Shown piece after piece: positions 1-17,704 of a DNA stretch of 64,000 nt. This stretch comes from the human T2T-CHM13v2.0 reference genome, Homo sapiens. Numbering within the stretch: position 1 is the first letter of the stretch; each line of letters starts with the position of its first letter. The translations under genes were made by a program, and so were the position numbers. The stretch is from assembly GCF_009914755.1 (NCBI RefSeq), contig NC_060936.1. One strand, 5' to 3'. The notes under the pieces are model-generated. The model had not been told where the DNA came from. It searched no databases and worked only from the letters and a program-made list of their open reading frames with translations.

Positions 1-945
1 TCAAGAGAATCACCTTGGCTGGAACATTTTGAAGTGAGTTGATACAACCTTCATTGCCCAAAGCAGCTGAGTCTGGGTTTTCTGCTACTTGAAGCTGAAA
101 ATACTCAGTTGCATAAACCAATAACAATATCATTCTCACGCCTCGCCCTTAACTAACATCTGCTCTTTTGATAGCTGTTTGAATGATAGCTCCCTCGTCT
201 GCAAATCTCAGAGAAAGCCTTTGACTCTTTCAAGCAAGATGTCATCATGCCAAAGAGAACCCAGATTTGTTATACTTGGAACTCCACAAAAAGGCTGCAG
301 TGTGCCTTGCAAATGGCAACATTAACTCTGCTAAAACCTTCCCAAAGATGTGAAACTCAGGGGTCACTAAGGAGCTGGGGGTAAGGCAGAGAACATATGA
401 CACAGTACAAAGCCCTTCACAAGGCAGAGACATCTTCATCCCCAAAGTCAAAATAATCTAGGAACAGGGGTGAAAATGAAAAACTGGTGACGGGGGAAGA
501 TTTTCAACAATCATTTTAAGGTGTTCACAGGAACAGGGGTGGGAAGGAGGTGAAGAATAGTGTATATTGATTAGATGGTAAGTCCTGGAGGTAACAAGTG
601 GGAGAAGGGGACTGAAAGAAGAAGGGCTGCAGTTTGACAGGTGGAGGTAGGAAACTCATAGAATGTTTGCGCCAGGTGAGACCTTGTCATCAACCTGAGC
701 TTGCATATCATTGAGCACCTACCATGCTCCAGGCTATTTGAGAGACGCCAGAGGTATAAAGAGAGCCTGTGTCCTCCAAAGGTTAAATAGTGGTGTTATA
801 CTGTGATGGTTAAAACAGAAATGTTCAGGTGTCAGAACTGAGAAAGTTCAGATCCTAGTTGTGTTGTCATTGGCTGTATGACCTTGAGAGGTATCTTCAC
901 TTCTATATATCTCATCTGTAAAATGAGAACACCACTAAAGAGTCA

Positions 946-1301
<356 letters not shown>

Positions 1302-1991
1302 TCAATACAACTCAGCTATGACAACAATGGCAGAGAAAGATGGAGCACACAGAAAGCCACCACCGGAGTCTGGCAAGTCAAAAAAGGTACATCAGCCAAA
1401 GTCTTTATATGCAAGCAATAGAATCTGATTCTGGCTAATTTAACTCTGAGTCTTTACATTACTGCCTCTGAAAACATAAAAATCCGATTGCAAAGCCTAA
1501 GTCACATGATCATATCCTAGTTGACAAAAAAAGCTGAGAAAGCAAGTATCTGGATTGTTTGACTTTCATAATAGGAGAAATATTAATCTCATAGAGTGAA
1601 AGTTCCCCAAGAAAAGGAAAAGGACTGAGAAGCTACTCATAAAAAAACAAAAGTGTCCTCTAGAGAAGGCTTACTGGAAGAAGTAACAGCTGAGTTGAAA
1701 CCAATCCACATCCTACATTTACCAATGAAGAAACTGAGACACAGAGGGGTGGACTCTTCCAAAGTCACTAGCTTTGGGAGGAAAAGAAAGAAGGGCTTGG
1801 AATAGGGGACAGTAGGGTTCAGGAGGAGACCCCAAAGGAGATCTCTGATGGGCTGAGGGAGGAAGAGGCTGAAAGCCTCAGCCAGAGTTGGTGTTGGGTC
1901 CAGAAGTGGTGGCAGCAGAGGAGACAGTGAATATTGGACGGTGTTAGTTTCCAGGCCTGGGAAGAGTTTGGGATCCAGCATAGAGGAGTGG

Positions 1992-2764
1992 TGTATCATA
2001 AGGAATTGGTTTGGTCTTTATCCCCAGTTTCTGGGAGGGAGCCTCTAAACCCTTAGAAGTTCCTGAGTGAGAAGAGTTTCTTTGTTATTCATAGTGGGCC
2101 CCACAGATCACCCCTGAGTTTATGCTAATGAGGTGATCCACAGTGGGTCCCTAGATAGTTTTTGGCTGGAAGCTGGTCATGCCAGAAAGACCAACAATGT
2201 GATTAGAGGGCTGGGGTTTTGAACCACGTTATATCCTTTCATCTTCCTATGCTCTGGGGACAGAAGGAGGGTTGGAGGTGGGGTTCAATCACATGGCCAT
2301 TGATTCAACCAAGCATGTCTACATGATGAAGCCCTAATAAAAATTCTGAACATCCGACATTCCAGTGAGTTTCCCTATTCGATAATCATATATCGATATC
2401 CTGAAGACATGGAAATGCCACATCTTGGACCCTCCCAGACTTCACTCTGTGTCACTCTTCATTTGGATCATTTTGATTTATATCCTTTATAATAAAATTG
2501 TAATCATCTATATCATATTTTGTTGAGTTCTGTGGGTTGTTCTGTCTTATAAACAGATAAGAACTCAACAAAGTATGATATATATGATAGTGAATTAATG
2601 GACCAGAGGGGCTAGTGGGAACCCTCAAATTGTAGCCAGCTGGTCAAAAGTATAGGTGGCCTGGGACCACTATGAATGGTGTCTTAATTGAAGACATTCT
2701 TGTGTACCCTTAATCTGAAAGTTTTGACCTACCTCCGGATAGTTGGCGTCACAATTGCATAGCA
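1992..2764 (+). mobile_element. Solo LTR, MER21/MER68/MER77 group
   Basis: TG...CA ends; family motifs ttggtctttatccccagtttctgg, cctgagtttatgctaatgaggtga and cctttataataaaa. Confidence 0.7.
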
Positions 2765-2859
2765 AAATGAAAGCTGTAATTCAGGCAAAGGACTGTATTG
2801 TTCCAACCCTGTGGTTGAGCCTCTGTCAAGGAAAGTCCTCACTCAAAGGTGGAACACAT

Positions 2860-3370
2860 GTGTAGCTTGTGTCTACCCACTCCCTCTTCTTTAGGCAGCA
2901 ACCCCTTCCTCCTGACTCTCATTCATTGTGGATTGAGCAGTGCTTCAATCCAGTGCCAGGTGTGGGCATGTGACCAAGACCTGGATAATGCAAGCATGAC
3001 ATTTCCCTAATCATAGCAAATGGCTCAGGATGGACACCCAAAGTAATCCAATAAAGCTCAATTCCCGAACTTATGTTGGAACTGGAAGAGAGAACAAGAA
3101 GCCCTCTTTTTTCTGGAACTGTTAACACTAAGGATAAAACAAGCCTACAGCTTCTGGGAACCAACACACAGAGAGAAATTGCCAACAAAGGGAGGAAAAC
3201 AAAGCCAAGAAATGCAGCAAAAGAGAGATCAAATATTGGTCGCATCATTCGGGCCCCTGGCTCTCTAGCCAGATCTTTGAACTTTTGGTTATGGTGGCTA
3301 ACAGCTTCTCTTTCTTCGGAAGCCAGATTTAATTTGATTTCCTTCACTTGCAACAAACTGATTCCCAATT
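2860..3370 (+). mobile_element. Old MaLR LTR (MLT1-like)
   Basis: gggcatgtgaccaagacctgg and a 3' end ttccttcacttgcaacaaa typical of MLT1. Confidence 0.5.
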
Positions 3371-5688
3371 AATGCAGCAGGAGAAAGAAAAGAGATCTGT
3401 ATATAAGCATAGTCAAATTCTAGACACCTCTTCCTCTAAGAGGGCGAGTGAGGTCGTAGAGAAAGGCACTGCTATGGGATATATCATGCAGGTAATGCTA
3501 AGACGAAATCCTGAGTTAAATTCACAACATCAATCAACAGAAAACGGAAAGACTAAGAACACAGATGTTTTATCACTCCGTTTTGCAGCAGGTGTGAAAG
3601 TGCCAATTTGGATTTAAAAGAGCATGAAACAAATGCAAGGTGGGGACTGTTATCAGAGCCAACCCTCATGTCTCTACCACTGTGAAAAGAGGCGCTGGGT
3701 AAGTATATTTCCTAGCTCAATGGTCTTCAAAGTGGAAGGGCTGCACAAGATGATCCATTAGGGAGCAGAAAAAAATATTAGAACTTATATTTATAGCTAT
3801 CTTAGCAAAAGTCTATTTGAAGTTTTACGAGTAGTTTGGGTGTGGATTGACCCTGGCACCCTCATTCAGTCTATACTGAGAAAGAGACCACGTGTCTGGC
3901 ATCAGGCAAGCTAAGAAACCCAGGAGAAGTTGGGCATTCCACAATATGAAAGGGATAATAGTGGCATTCTTGTCTTCTCATCCCGTGTTACTTCTGATAA
4001 GCTTCCAATGCCTCTTCTTTAAATCTCCTATTATTAATTCTAGAGCATCAAGGGTACCTATGAATTGGCATGCCTCTCTCTGTACCCCAGTGATGCTCTC
4101 AGATACTGAAAGATTAGTTATCTTCCCTTGCATTAAATGACCCCAGGCAACTGATATCCTAATTAACCCCTCCTCTATCTCCTCCTTGGTTCTCTAGCTT
4201 CTCTCCCAACAAAAGCGAGTTTGCCAAGAGAAACAGTGCACCTAACTTGTGCATAAAAAACTTAACTTTACATAGAGGTTTTTTTAAACATGCAATTTCC
4301 AGGTTAATGGGAGTCAAATGGCCAAGTGCCTAAATCAAGGAGCATGAAATAATGCTCTGCAATGTTCTTTAGTTCACCCCACAAACTGGCTGTTCTAAGC
4401 ACATTCTAAATCTCTCTCTTTCTCCCCACCCTGACCCCATGATAAAAAAAGAGAGCTGAGGTTTCAAGGGATCAAAGAAACAGATCACCCACCCCAAACC
4501 ATTTTTACTTGGGGTGACACAGAAACATCGCCATCCAAGTTTGCTAAAACAGCAGCTGGATCTCACTTGTAAGGCAGTTCCAATAGAGGAGGAAAGGGAT
4601 ACAAATTTACAAAGACAATAAATTTAACACCCTTTTCTCATTATTCCAGCACTTGTAAGAGGATTGCATTACAGGTCTAGCAACTCTAGGGCATCTGAAA
4701 TGCGGTCTCATTTACAAACATTTTGTTTACACTGCATGATTTCATGAACCACTGATTGCATAAAGCAGGCCAACTGGCCTCCTCCTCTCGTCTTCAATTT
4801 AATGCCATTTTACCTTTGCAGAAAACTCACCAATGAAGAACAGCAGACAGGTGAACAGGCTGGCCAGGAAGTGGGTCAGATGGTAATACATTTAGTCTTC
4901 TTTTCCTCTAGGGCTTCAGTTTCCCCATCTGTAAAATCAGAGAGCTAGATTATGAGGGTCCCAAATCTACATTTCAACCAAGACCAGGCAAGTAATACGA
5001 ATGAATGGAAGGAATGGGGTCTAATATTATGTGCCGAATATTTGACAGGCACTGAGAGAGAAAGGTACTGGGAGCAGAAAGGGAGACAAGCCATGATCCT
5101 TGCTCTGGTGAAGCACTTGGCCTTGTGAGAGATGTGAGCACATAGGCAGCTACCGACAAATATGATAAAAGCTGTATTCAAGGTTCCATATGAATGCACA
5201 GGAGGGTTGGACTAATCCATCCCAGATGAATCCTCAAAGATTTTTTAAATAAACAAGAAGGCATCTGGGGGGAAGAGGAGTGTTGTAGGTGAAGAAGTGG
5301 AAAGAACAAGAGAACAGGAACGACCTTTCAGGTGGAGAAAACCGCCTGTGCAAAGTCACAGTGACCTGAAAAACAATTACGTATTCGGGGAGAAAAATGA
5401 AGTTTGATAGGGCTGGAAGGTCCCTATGTGAAGTTACAGAAAAATAACCTAAAAGGGTGAGTTGGAAATAAATCACAAAGAACCTTGAGGAATTTGTCTT
5501 GAGAGTAATAGGAAGCCAGGAATATGTTCTAAATTGTTGAGAAAACTGGTGACATTTCCATTTTAGAAAGTTTGGTCTGTCTGCAGGGTGGAGAATGGGT
5601 TAGAGCTGCACCATCTAATATGAGGGTCATTAGCCACGTGTGGCTACTGACCACTGGACACATGGCCATTCCAAATTGAGATGTGCTA

Positions 5689-6948
<1,260 letters not shown>

Positions 6949-7325
6949 ACTATAAGTATAAAATACACACGGGACTTTGAACACTGAGTATGAAAAAAGG
7001 AATGTAGACTATCTCGTTAATATTGTTTAATATTGATTATGTGTCAAAAGGATATTTGGAATATATTGGGTTAAATAAAATATGGTATTAAAATTAATTT
7101 ATCCTGCTTTTTACTTGTTTAATGTGGCCAGTGGAAAATTTAAAATTACATATGTGGCTTGCATTATAATTCCATTGGACAGAGCTGAGTTAGAGAGCCT
7201 GAGACTCAAGAAAGAAGACCAATGAGGAGACTTCGAAATGTCCAGGAGACATTATGAGAGCATGGGAGTTTGAACCAGACAGTGGGATGGGGACAGAGAA
7301 TAAGAATAAGAATACGCAAGCTTCT

Positions 7326-7737
7326 CAATGACAGATTGGATAAAGAAAATGTGGTACATATACACCACAGCATACTATGCAGTCATAAAAAAGAATGAGA
7401 TTATGTCTTTTGCAGGAACATAGATGGAGCTGGAGGCCCATTATCCTTGGCAAACTAACACAGAAACAGAAAACCAAATACTGCATGTTCTCACTGATAA
7501 GTGGGAGCTGAATGACGAGAACTCGTAGACACAAAGAAGAGAACCACAGACACTGGAGCCTACCTGAGGATGGAGGGTGGGAGGAGGGAGAGGAGCAGAA
7601 AAAATAACTATTGGGTACTTAATACCTGGGTGATGAAATAAACTGTACCACAAACCCCCGAGACACAAGTTTACCTATTAATGTACAACAAACCTGCACA
7701 TGTACCCCTGAACCTAAAATAAAAATTAAAAAAAAAA
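7326..7737 (+). mobile_element. L1PA/L1PB 3' end
   Basis: gataaagaaaatgtggtacatatacacc ... acaaacctgcacatgtacccctgaacctaaaataaaa. Confidence 0.85.
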
Positions 7738-8034
7738 TTTGGGAAATAGTAGGAAAAAAATTAAAACCAGAAGACTACATATAATAGCATGATCTCATTT
7801 TTATAAAACAAGAATAAGCAAGAGTAAAACACATGCTGTGTAGGTATGACTTTATATATGCAAAGCAGTGATACACTCCCAAACTCAGGATAACAATGAC
7901 CTCTGTGGAGGGGACCTGGGGCCCTGGACTGGGAAAGAGCATCAGGTGTATGCCTTATTGGCAATGCCCTAGTTCTTTGGTTGACGGGGCCACATATTTT
8001 CATTATACAATTAATCTGTATAACGTAAACACAT

Positions 8035-8059
8035 GTGGTGTGTGTGTGTGTGTGTGTGT
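8035..8059. repeat. (TG)n microsatellite
   Basis: Seen directly. Confidence 0.9.
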
Positions 8060-8129
8060 AAACAAATACTTTTAAGATAAATTTTTTCAAATAAAAAGAA
8101 TATGCGGGCCTCTGGTTACAGGTTTTGGT

Positions 8130-8520
8130 GATTAAAGGCATGAATTCTGGGACCATACAGCCTGGTTCAACACTTGGCTCTGACATCTGTCAGCTGTGTG
8201 ACCTTGGGCAAGTCACTTACTTAATCTGTCTCTTGTGCCTGAGTTTCCTCACTTATGCAACATGAGTAGTAGCAGCACCTGTTTTATAAGGTGTTATGAA
8301 GATTAAATGAGTTCATTCCCTGATTCTCACAGTTGACTACATATGTGAGTCACCTGGGGAGTGTTTAAAACTCAATTTAGGAGAGCCTGATTTCATTGGT
8401 GTAGGGTGTGGCCTAAGCATAGGGACTATTTTAAATTACCCACGTGATTCTAATGTGCAGGAGAGTTCATGAACCACTGCATTAGTATATGTAGATGCTT
8501 GAAAGAGTGTCTGACACAGT
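8130..8520 (+). mobile_element. MIR interrupted by MER5A (about 8320-8479)
   Basis: MIR core ctgtgtgaccttgggcaagtcactt; MER5A motifs cacctgggga and gtgattctaatgtgcag...gaaccactg. Confidence 0.7.
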
Positions 8521-10384
8521 GTAACCATGATTTAAGTATTTGAAGTTATTATATTTTTAGTGTCTTTAAAATGCATAATATATTTAAAATCCACAATTGA
8601 GAGTCTACTATGTGCCACTAAATGCCACTGCAGGACGGAATATTTCTTAAATGAATTCACAGAGCTCACAGGAAAGGTTTCAACACGTCCTCTCCAGTGA
8701 GCACAGGTGGGCCAATTGGAGATCAAGTTCAGATCTGGCAGCTCATTCAGCAATTCCAACTTTTTGAAGTCTCGGTTGGTGAAATATTACAGACCATTTC
8801 CCAAAACACTTAACTCCAACAACAAGGTTTTAGTGTTTGGCAACATACAAGCAGAATGCCATTAAGTCTTGGAACTGTGTACTGAGTGTCTATCAGCTGG
8901 AGCCAAAGGGGAATGTAGTGAAGTGAGGCTCCTTTCAGAGTATGGAACAAGCCCATCTGTGTCTCAGACCCCCATAGTGGAAACACCTTAATGAGAACTG
9001 GCTAACGGTGGTGAGAACTCCTTGTCATCAATGAAGGAGGCATGTCTGGGCCTTACAAGGACATTAAGCAAAGAGGTACTAAAGTCATGAAAAAAAAAAT
9101 GGCCCTTCTGTCTTGGATAGAGCCTAAAGAAAAATCAGAGCCATCTCTATTCTTATTTGATAGACTTATGTTCTCATTCACATCGTCTCCAGGCTCTATG
9201 AATGCTAATTCCAATAGTAATCATTGTTAACATTTATTGGGTGTGTGTTACGTGCCAGGAACCATCATAAGCATTTTATATGCATCAAATTTTTAAAATA
9301 TGAGGAAGGGGTCATTATCAATACTTTATAATGAGGAAACTGAGGCTCAGAGAGGTGCAGCAATTTGGTTGCAAGTGACAGAGTCTAAACTCAAACTAAC
9401 TTAGACTAAAGGGGAATTTGTTGCCTTGAGGAATACAATGAAGTGTTGAAACATCAAGCTCTGAAAGGGATAAAGATACAGATGGATCTTTGATGCAACT
9501 GGAACCAGGGTTTTTTTTCTCTCTGCTCCTCTCTTCTTCCCTCTGTGCATCAGCCACATCCTGCTGCATGCCAGCTTCTAACACACGTGGCAATGTGGCT
9601 TCTCAACTCCCCAGGCTCTCCTCTCTGTTCTGGTTTCAAAAATCCTAGGGCAAAGCTCTGATTGGTCCATCTTGGGTCAGGTGTTCACCTTGAACCAATC
9701 AACAGCAACCAAGAGAGCAAGATCATGTGAAAACATGGCAGTTCACTCAAATCACATGGGTTGGAGTCAGGGAAGAAGAAAGAAAATGATTTCCCAAAAA
9801 GAAGAATGATATATGTTCCCAGAAGAAAGAGAAAACTACCTATGATAGTCCACTACTTCCAAGAATGAGTGCCAACAAGACTATTAAGTAGGGAGGAAAA
9901 CTGACTCCTCCTTAAGGTTACACACTCTGAAAGTCCTCCAAAAATTCGAGGTCCAGACCACATATGGCATGCCAACTCAACTGAACATTAATTGACTTTT
10001 TACAGTGTACTGGCATTATATTCCAGGCTACCACATAGTATGGTCTCAGTAAATATTTGTTGGATGAATAATGCAAAGATGAATAAGGCAAGGTCCCTCT
10101 ACTCAAAGAACTTACAGCATAGTAAGTGATGAAGGCAAAGAAACAGCCCAAAAGGGACATAGAACATAGTCTGAGAGCTCAAACAAATGGAAGATCACAT
10201 GGGTTTGAGAACACATAGGGAGACAATAAGTTAGAAAAGTCATCAAGGAAGGAGGTCCTATTTGAGATCGGCCTTGAAAACAGAATGAGATTTCAACAGA
10301 CAAAAATGTAAGAAAAGTGTTCCCCAGCAAGAGCAAAGCCATGTGAGCAAAGGCATGGAGGCAGGGATGGACATATCATCCAGG

Positions 10385-11210
10385 TTTTTTTTTTAATTGT
10401 ACTAAAATATACATAACATAAAATTTGCCATTTTAATCATTTTTAAGTTGACAATTCAATGGCATTAATTACATTCATATTGCTGTACAACTATCATCAC
10501 TATCTTGAAACTCTTCCATCTTCCAAAACTCTTCCATCACCCTTGCAGAAACTCTGTACCCATTAAGCAATACCTCCCCATTCCCAGGAACATGGTAATC
10601 TCTAATCTACTTTCTGTCTCCTTAAATTTACCTAATCTATGTATTTACTGTAAGTGGAATTATACAACATTGATCACTTTGTGTTTGGCTTATATCATTT
10701 AGCATAATGCCTTCAAGTTTCATCCATGCTGAGGGATGTACTGTATCTTCATTCCTTTGTACACCTAAATAATATCCCATCATATGAATATTCCACATTC
10801 CCTTTATCGTTTCATTGGTGGATGGACATTTGGTTTGTTTCCACATTTTAGCTATTGTGACTAATGCTGCAGTGAACACTGATGAGCAAGTATCTGTTCA
10901 AGTCCTTGTTTTCAATTCTTTTGGTTATCTACCTAGAAGTGAAATTGCTGGGCTGTATAGTAATTCTGTTTAGCTTTTTGAGGAACCATCGTATTGTTTT
11001 CTGTAGCGGCTGCAGCATTTTACATTCCCACCAGCAATGTACAAGGGTTTCAATTTCTCTGCATCCTTGCCAACACTTATTATATTCCATTGTTGTTATT
11101 GTTGCTTTTAACAGCCATTCTAATAAAGGTGAAGTAGTATCTAGTTGTGGTTTCGATTTGCATTTTTTGTAATGACTAAGGGTATTTAGCATCTTTTCAC
11201 ATGCTTATTC
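10385..11210 (-). mobile_element. L1MA/MB 3' region
   Basis: T-tail, then cataacataaaatttgccatttt and gctattgtgactaatgctgca; ORFs 10637-10879 and 10929-11192 resemble the L1 ORF2 C-terminus. Confidence 0.85.
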
Positions 11211-12677
11211 AAGCCATCCAGTTTTACGAGTGCACAACCAACCATCATAAATCCAAGATGTTTAGGTTTCATTGTGTAGGCAGTAGGGAGCCAATGATAG
11301 TTTGGAAGCCAAAGAGTGGCATGACCAGAAATATAAAATCTTGGCAGAGGAGTATAAAATGAAGCCAGAGGACTAGTTAAGAGGCTACTTCAATGGTCCA
11401 AGCAAGGGACCTGCCACCTCCCAAGCTTGAGCCAGGGAGGTGGTAGTGGCAATGTAAGGAAAGGGACAGTTTCCAGACACATCATCTTTTCAACACAATG
11501 GAAGCAACCTATGTGCAATCATAAAGGGCTGGTTATGTAAGCATGGTATAGCCTATGTGATGAATTGCTCTGCATCTGTAAAAATAATGATGCCGATGAA
11601 TAAATGAAACAGATGTTTCCAAGTAAATGAAAAAAATAAGGTTACAACACAGCGTGTACATCATGATCCCATTTTTAGATAGATGATGCATAATTAGATC
11701 AGAATGCAAAGAGAAGGACAGACACTAAAGGTAAAAAAGACCTTGAACACCACACACGCAAATGTGAACAATGATCACCTCTTGCTAAACTAACCTCCCA
11801 CCAAGACACTTGTATGTTCTCTTTTATTTTCTTCCTTGCCTTTATCACTATCTGAAAATATCTTATTCATTTGTTCATCTGTTCATAAATTCCAGGAAGG
11901 AGGGAGGGTGTCTGTTTTGTTCTCTCTCTATTCCCAGAACCTGGAATCTAGCCACAGGTGAAGCTCCATGGATATTTTTTGATGAAATCTTTTAGTGATG
12001 GGATCCATTTTTATTCTCTTACATATATTTTTTAAATGTAAAAAAGGAATCTATGACTTTCGTCATAAAAAAAGTAGCAAAAAGAAGAGACATAAACAGG
12101 CATTATTCTCACCACCATCACAATGGCACTGGTTCTTTGATCACAGCTGTTACCCCTAAAAGAACCTCAAAGCCAGATTCTAACACCAGACCCCACTAGC
12201 ACATCAAAGTGCTTTTCTCAGCCTGTGAACCCACTCACTGCCTCTCTTCCCTTCCTCCAGCTTCCTGGGTATCCACTTCCTCCACCTGTGCCCACTCAGC
12301 ACAGGATGTTATTAACACCATTGCACCCCCACAGACTTAGGAGCCTAGAATAACCTGCTACCGGTAGGGCAGATACTTGGAAGACTCTTCCAGGAAGAGG
12401 AGGTCATCGATCAATGCCCATGCTTGTCCCATCCTCTCTTCTCACCTCCCTTGCACCCAGTCCTGGGGACTTTGGAGTTCATTTTTAAACACCAGAGCTG
12501 GCTAACATTGGAGGAGGATACCAGGCTGTGGGCATGGAAAAGTACGAGTGAAGCCAAGAAGCCCAATCAGAAATTCATCTCATAATTTCAGGCATCAGCA
12601 CCTGGCTGTTAGGCCCAGCGTTTCTTAACCAGAGATTAACCAAGGCTGGGTCTGAATCCCTATGAAGAAAGACATGA

Positions 12678-13028
<351 letters not shown>

Positions 13029-13415
13029 TATAATATTTTACTGTATGATATGCTATATAGAGAAAAGTACATGTATTTATATACTACATATATGTGCTAT
13101 ATAAAATGTATTTACAATTTAAATACAGAACATTGTATTTACCATATACATATATATATAGATAGAGGAGGTTCATTCATTTATTCATTTGTGCTGTGAA
13201 ACTGAATTTTGATATTTTCTACTATCTTGTAGGCTCAAAGTGGGGGACAAACAGGTATTTTAAAGCCACCAGCATTTTTTTCAGCTACTCATCAGACAGA
13301 GATTGAGTTCATCACAGTGGGTCTGAAGAGAAGAGGAAGGAAAATTTCTGTTTTGTTTTGGGAGAACACTCTTGGACTCCTGGAGGCATTTCAGTTAAGC
13401 AAAGGGTAAACAATC

Positions 13416-13420
<5 letters not shown>

Positions 13421-13447
<27 letters not shown>

Positions 13448-13727
13448 GAGATGGAGTCTCGCTCTGTCGCCCAGGCTGAAGTACAGTGGCGCAATGTCAG
13501 CTCACTGCAACCTCCACCTCCTGGCTCAAGTGATTCTCGTGTCTCAGCCTCCTGAGTAGCTAGGATTATAGGTGCTCAACATCATGCCTGGCTAAATTTT
13601 TGTATTTTTAGTAGATGGGGTTTCACCACGTTGGCCAGCCTGGTCTGGAACTCCTGACCTGAAGCAATTGGCCTACCTCAGCCTCCCAAAATGCTGGGAT
13701 TACAGGTGTGATCCGCCACACCTGGCT
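13421..13727 (-). mobile_element. AluS
   Basis: Antisense Alu; TSD caatctcct. Confidence 0.9.
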
Positions 13728-14359
13728 GCAATCTCCTCTTCTGAAAAGGTCATGGAGGGAAGAAATGCATCTCTCTAAAGAATACTTTGTGTGATGGAGA
13801 GGAAAGGCTTCTCCTTCTCTCTCTCTGGAACAAAGTGGAAGTTGGGATTTGGAGGAGAGATAGTCAAAGACTCCAACGACATGGGAAACAGGATGAGCCC
13901 ATGACACCATGGCAGGAGAAAAAGGTTCACCAGTTGGGGTGCTCATGAGCACGATGCATGAGCTCTAAAATATGTGAAGTCCGGGATTTAGGGTCCAGGC
14001 TTTCCTATGATGTTTTTCTGCTCTCACCTCCAGATCTCCAGTAAAAGAAATGGGGCTAATTAGGGCAATGAAAGATGTCTAGCAGAGAACTTAGGAGGAG
14101 GCTCCCAGAGGAATACTCTTAAAACAGATGTGGGAACATGAAAGCATTCCTCAAGGACCCCCAGAAATGCCCAGGGAGCACTACCTGGTATAAAACTGCA
14201 ATTCTTTTGGATCAACGCAAAACAGAGCTCAATTATATAACAACTGTAATGGAAGATGACCCATGAAAGCTGGAAAATCCCAAGACATCTGGGTAACAAT
14301 GAACTCCACAGAAACGACTGAGATCAATTCTGTATTCAGAAATAGAAAGACAATGGTGA

Positions 14360-14753
<394 letters not shown>

Positions 14754-14756
14754 CTA

Positions 14757-15080
14757 GTAAGAGTTTTGGCAAACTTTTTCTGTAAAGGAACAGAAAATAA
14801 ATATTTGAGACTTTGTGAGTCATATGGTCTCTGCTGAACTCGGCCATGGTGGTGTGAAAGCAGTCACAGACAATGCATAAACAAACAGGCAATGCTGTGT
14901 TCCCATTAAGCTTTATTTAAGGATACTGCAATTTGAATTTCATACAATTTTCACATGTCAGAGACTATTATTCTCTTTTTTAGCTACTTAAAAATGCAAA
15001 AATTATTCTTAGTTCTCAGGTCATACAAAAACAGGTGGCAGGATGGATTTGGACCATGGGGTGTGGTTTGGCTACTCCTG
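14757..15080 (+). mobile_element. MER58B-like hAT DNA transposon
   Basis: ggcaaactttttctgtaaagg ... gtttggctactcctg. Confidence 0.7.
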
Positions 15081-15128
15081 GTTGAAGGTTAGGCCTAAGA
15101 CATACATAATAATAATTAATTAAAAATA

Positions 15129-15448
<320 letters not shown>

Positions 15449-15535
15449 TAGCTTATGGTCTTGAGCACAGGTCTAAGTGCCAGGTGCTATGCCAAGTATG
15501 CTTTGCTATAATGATATTACACTTATAATTTGGAA

Positions 15536-15817
15536 TTTTTTTTAGAGCTCTGTCACTCAGGCTGGAGTGCAATGGCACAATTAGAGCTCATTATAACCCT
15601 GAACTCCTGGGCTCAAGCGATCCTCCCACCTCAGCCTCCTAAGTAGCTGGGGCTACTGGCAGATGCCACCATACCCAGCTGATTTCTTTAAATTTTTTGT
15701 AGAGATGAGGTCTGACTATGTTGCCCAGGCTGGTCTTGAACTCCTGGCCTCGAGCAATCCTCCCACCTCAGCCTTCCAAAGCACTGAGATTACAAGCATG
15801 AGCCACTGCACCCAGCC
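15536..15817 (-). mobile_element. AluJ
   Basis: Antisense Alu, tail-to-tail with the previous Alu. Confidence 0.85.
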
Positions 15818-16047
15818 TATAAATTGGCTTTCTTCTCAACTTTCTTGAGTGAGAAAGAAGAGAGGGGTATTGCACTAATTTTCCAAGAATTTAGCATAAC
15901 TGGGTGGTGTCATCCTGTCTCTTCAAAGAAAATGTCAAAATGACTGCCCTGGGCACCTCCTCTCAAGCTCTCCAAATGCCAAGCAAGAAAGGATCATTGG
16001 GTCCAATCTTGCCACTCTCTCTATATATATTTTAAAAACTATTTAGT

Positions 16048-16650
<603 letters not shown>

Positions 16651-17147
16651 ACATATATGTTTTTAAAAACCTATTTAGACAGAATTAACGGAAAATGCAC
16701 CCAAACATAGCAACCATCCTGCCACCTCTGGTGACTCCATTTACCACCAGTTCCCCTTGCCCCAGTGACCATCTAACTTCTGGTCACAAATTGGCAAAAG
16801 GGATCACAGAAAACCAAGTGGCCTTGGGTCACCAGACCATCCTGCCCAACAAGGCAACCTTTGCTAAGAGTGACTCACTGTGGCAGAGAGGCAAGTTTAA
16901 CAGGCATCTGGGCAGGAAGCACTGCCCTGTTTATTGATGGCAAACTGTTTGCCAGAGTAAGAGCTCTTTGGGGACTTCTGAAGGTGTTTGGCAAGCCCCA
17001 GTCCCGAAGGCTACTGTGCGCTAAGAAAGGACCTGTGGGCCTCTGAAAACTCAGCAGCTAAAAGGTCACCGCCCCAGAAGCCTGTTAAGGAAACAGCATG
17101 AAAAGTTCTCCATCCCAGGAGGATGCATGGGAGCGAGCTACCATGTC

Positions 17148-17545
<398 letters not shown>

Positions 17546-17704
17546 TAACTTCTCCCTTGGAGAAGTTCTCCCTTAGAGCAATTTGCAAAACTGTAATTCG
17601 GTATGTGTGTATATTTTATACCCACACGGCTTCAAGTTCTGTAAGTGTGTTTGCTGTGCTGTAATCCACTTAGCACAGTGCCAGACGCATGATAAAAACC
17701 TGTT

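Noticed and set aside
2919-3617. Overlapping 149-, 99- and 89-aa ORFs
   Set aside because: Mostly within an old MLT1-like LTR; no recognisable domain or exon structure.
10637-11192. L1 ORF2-like peptides
   Set aside because: Degenerate fragment of an old L1, not a functional ORF.
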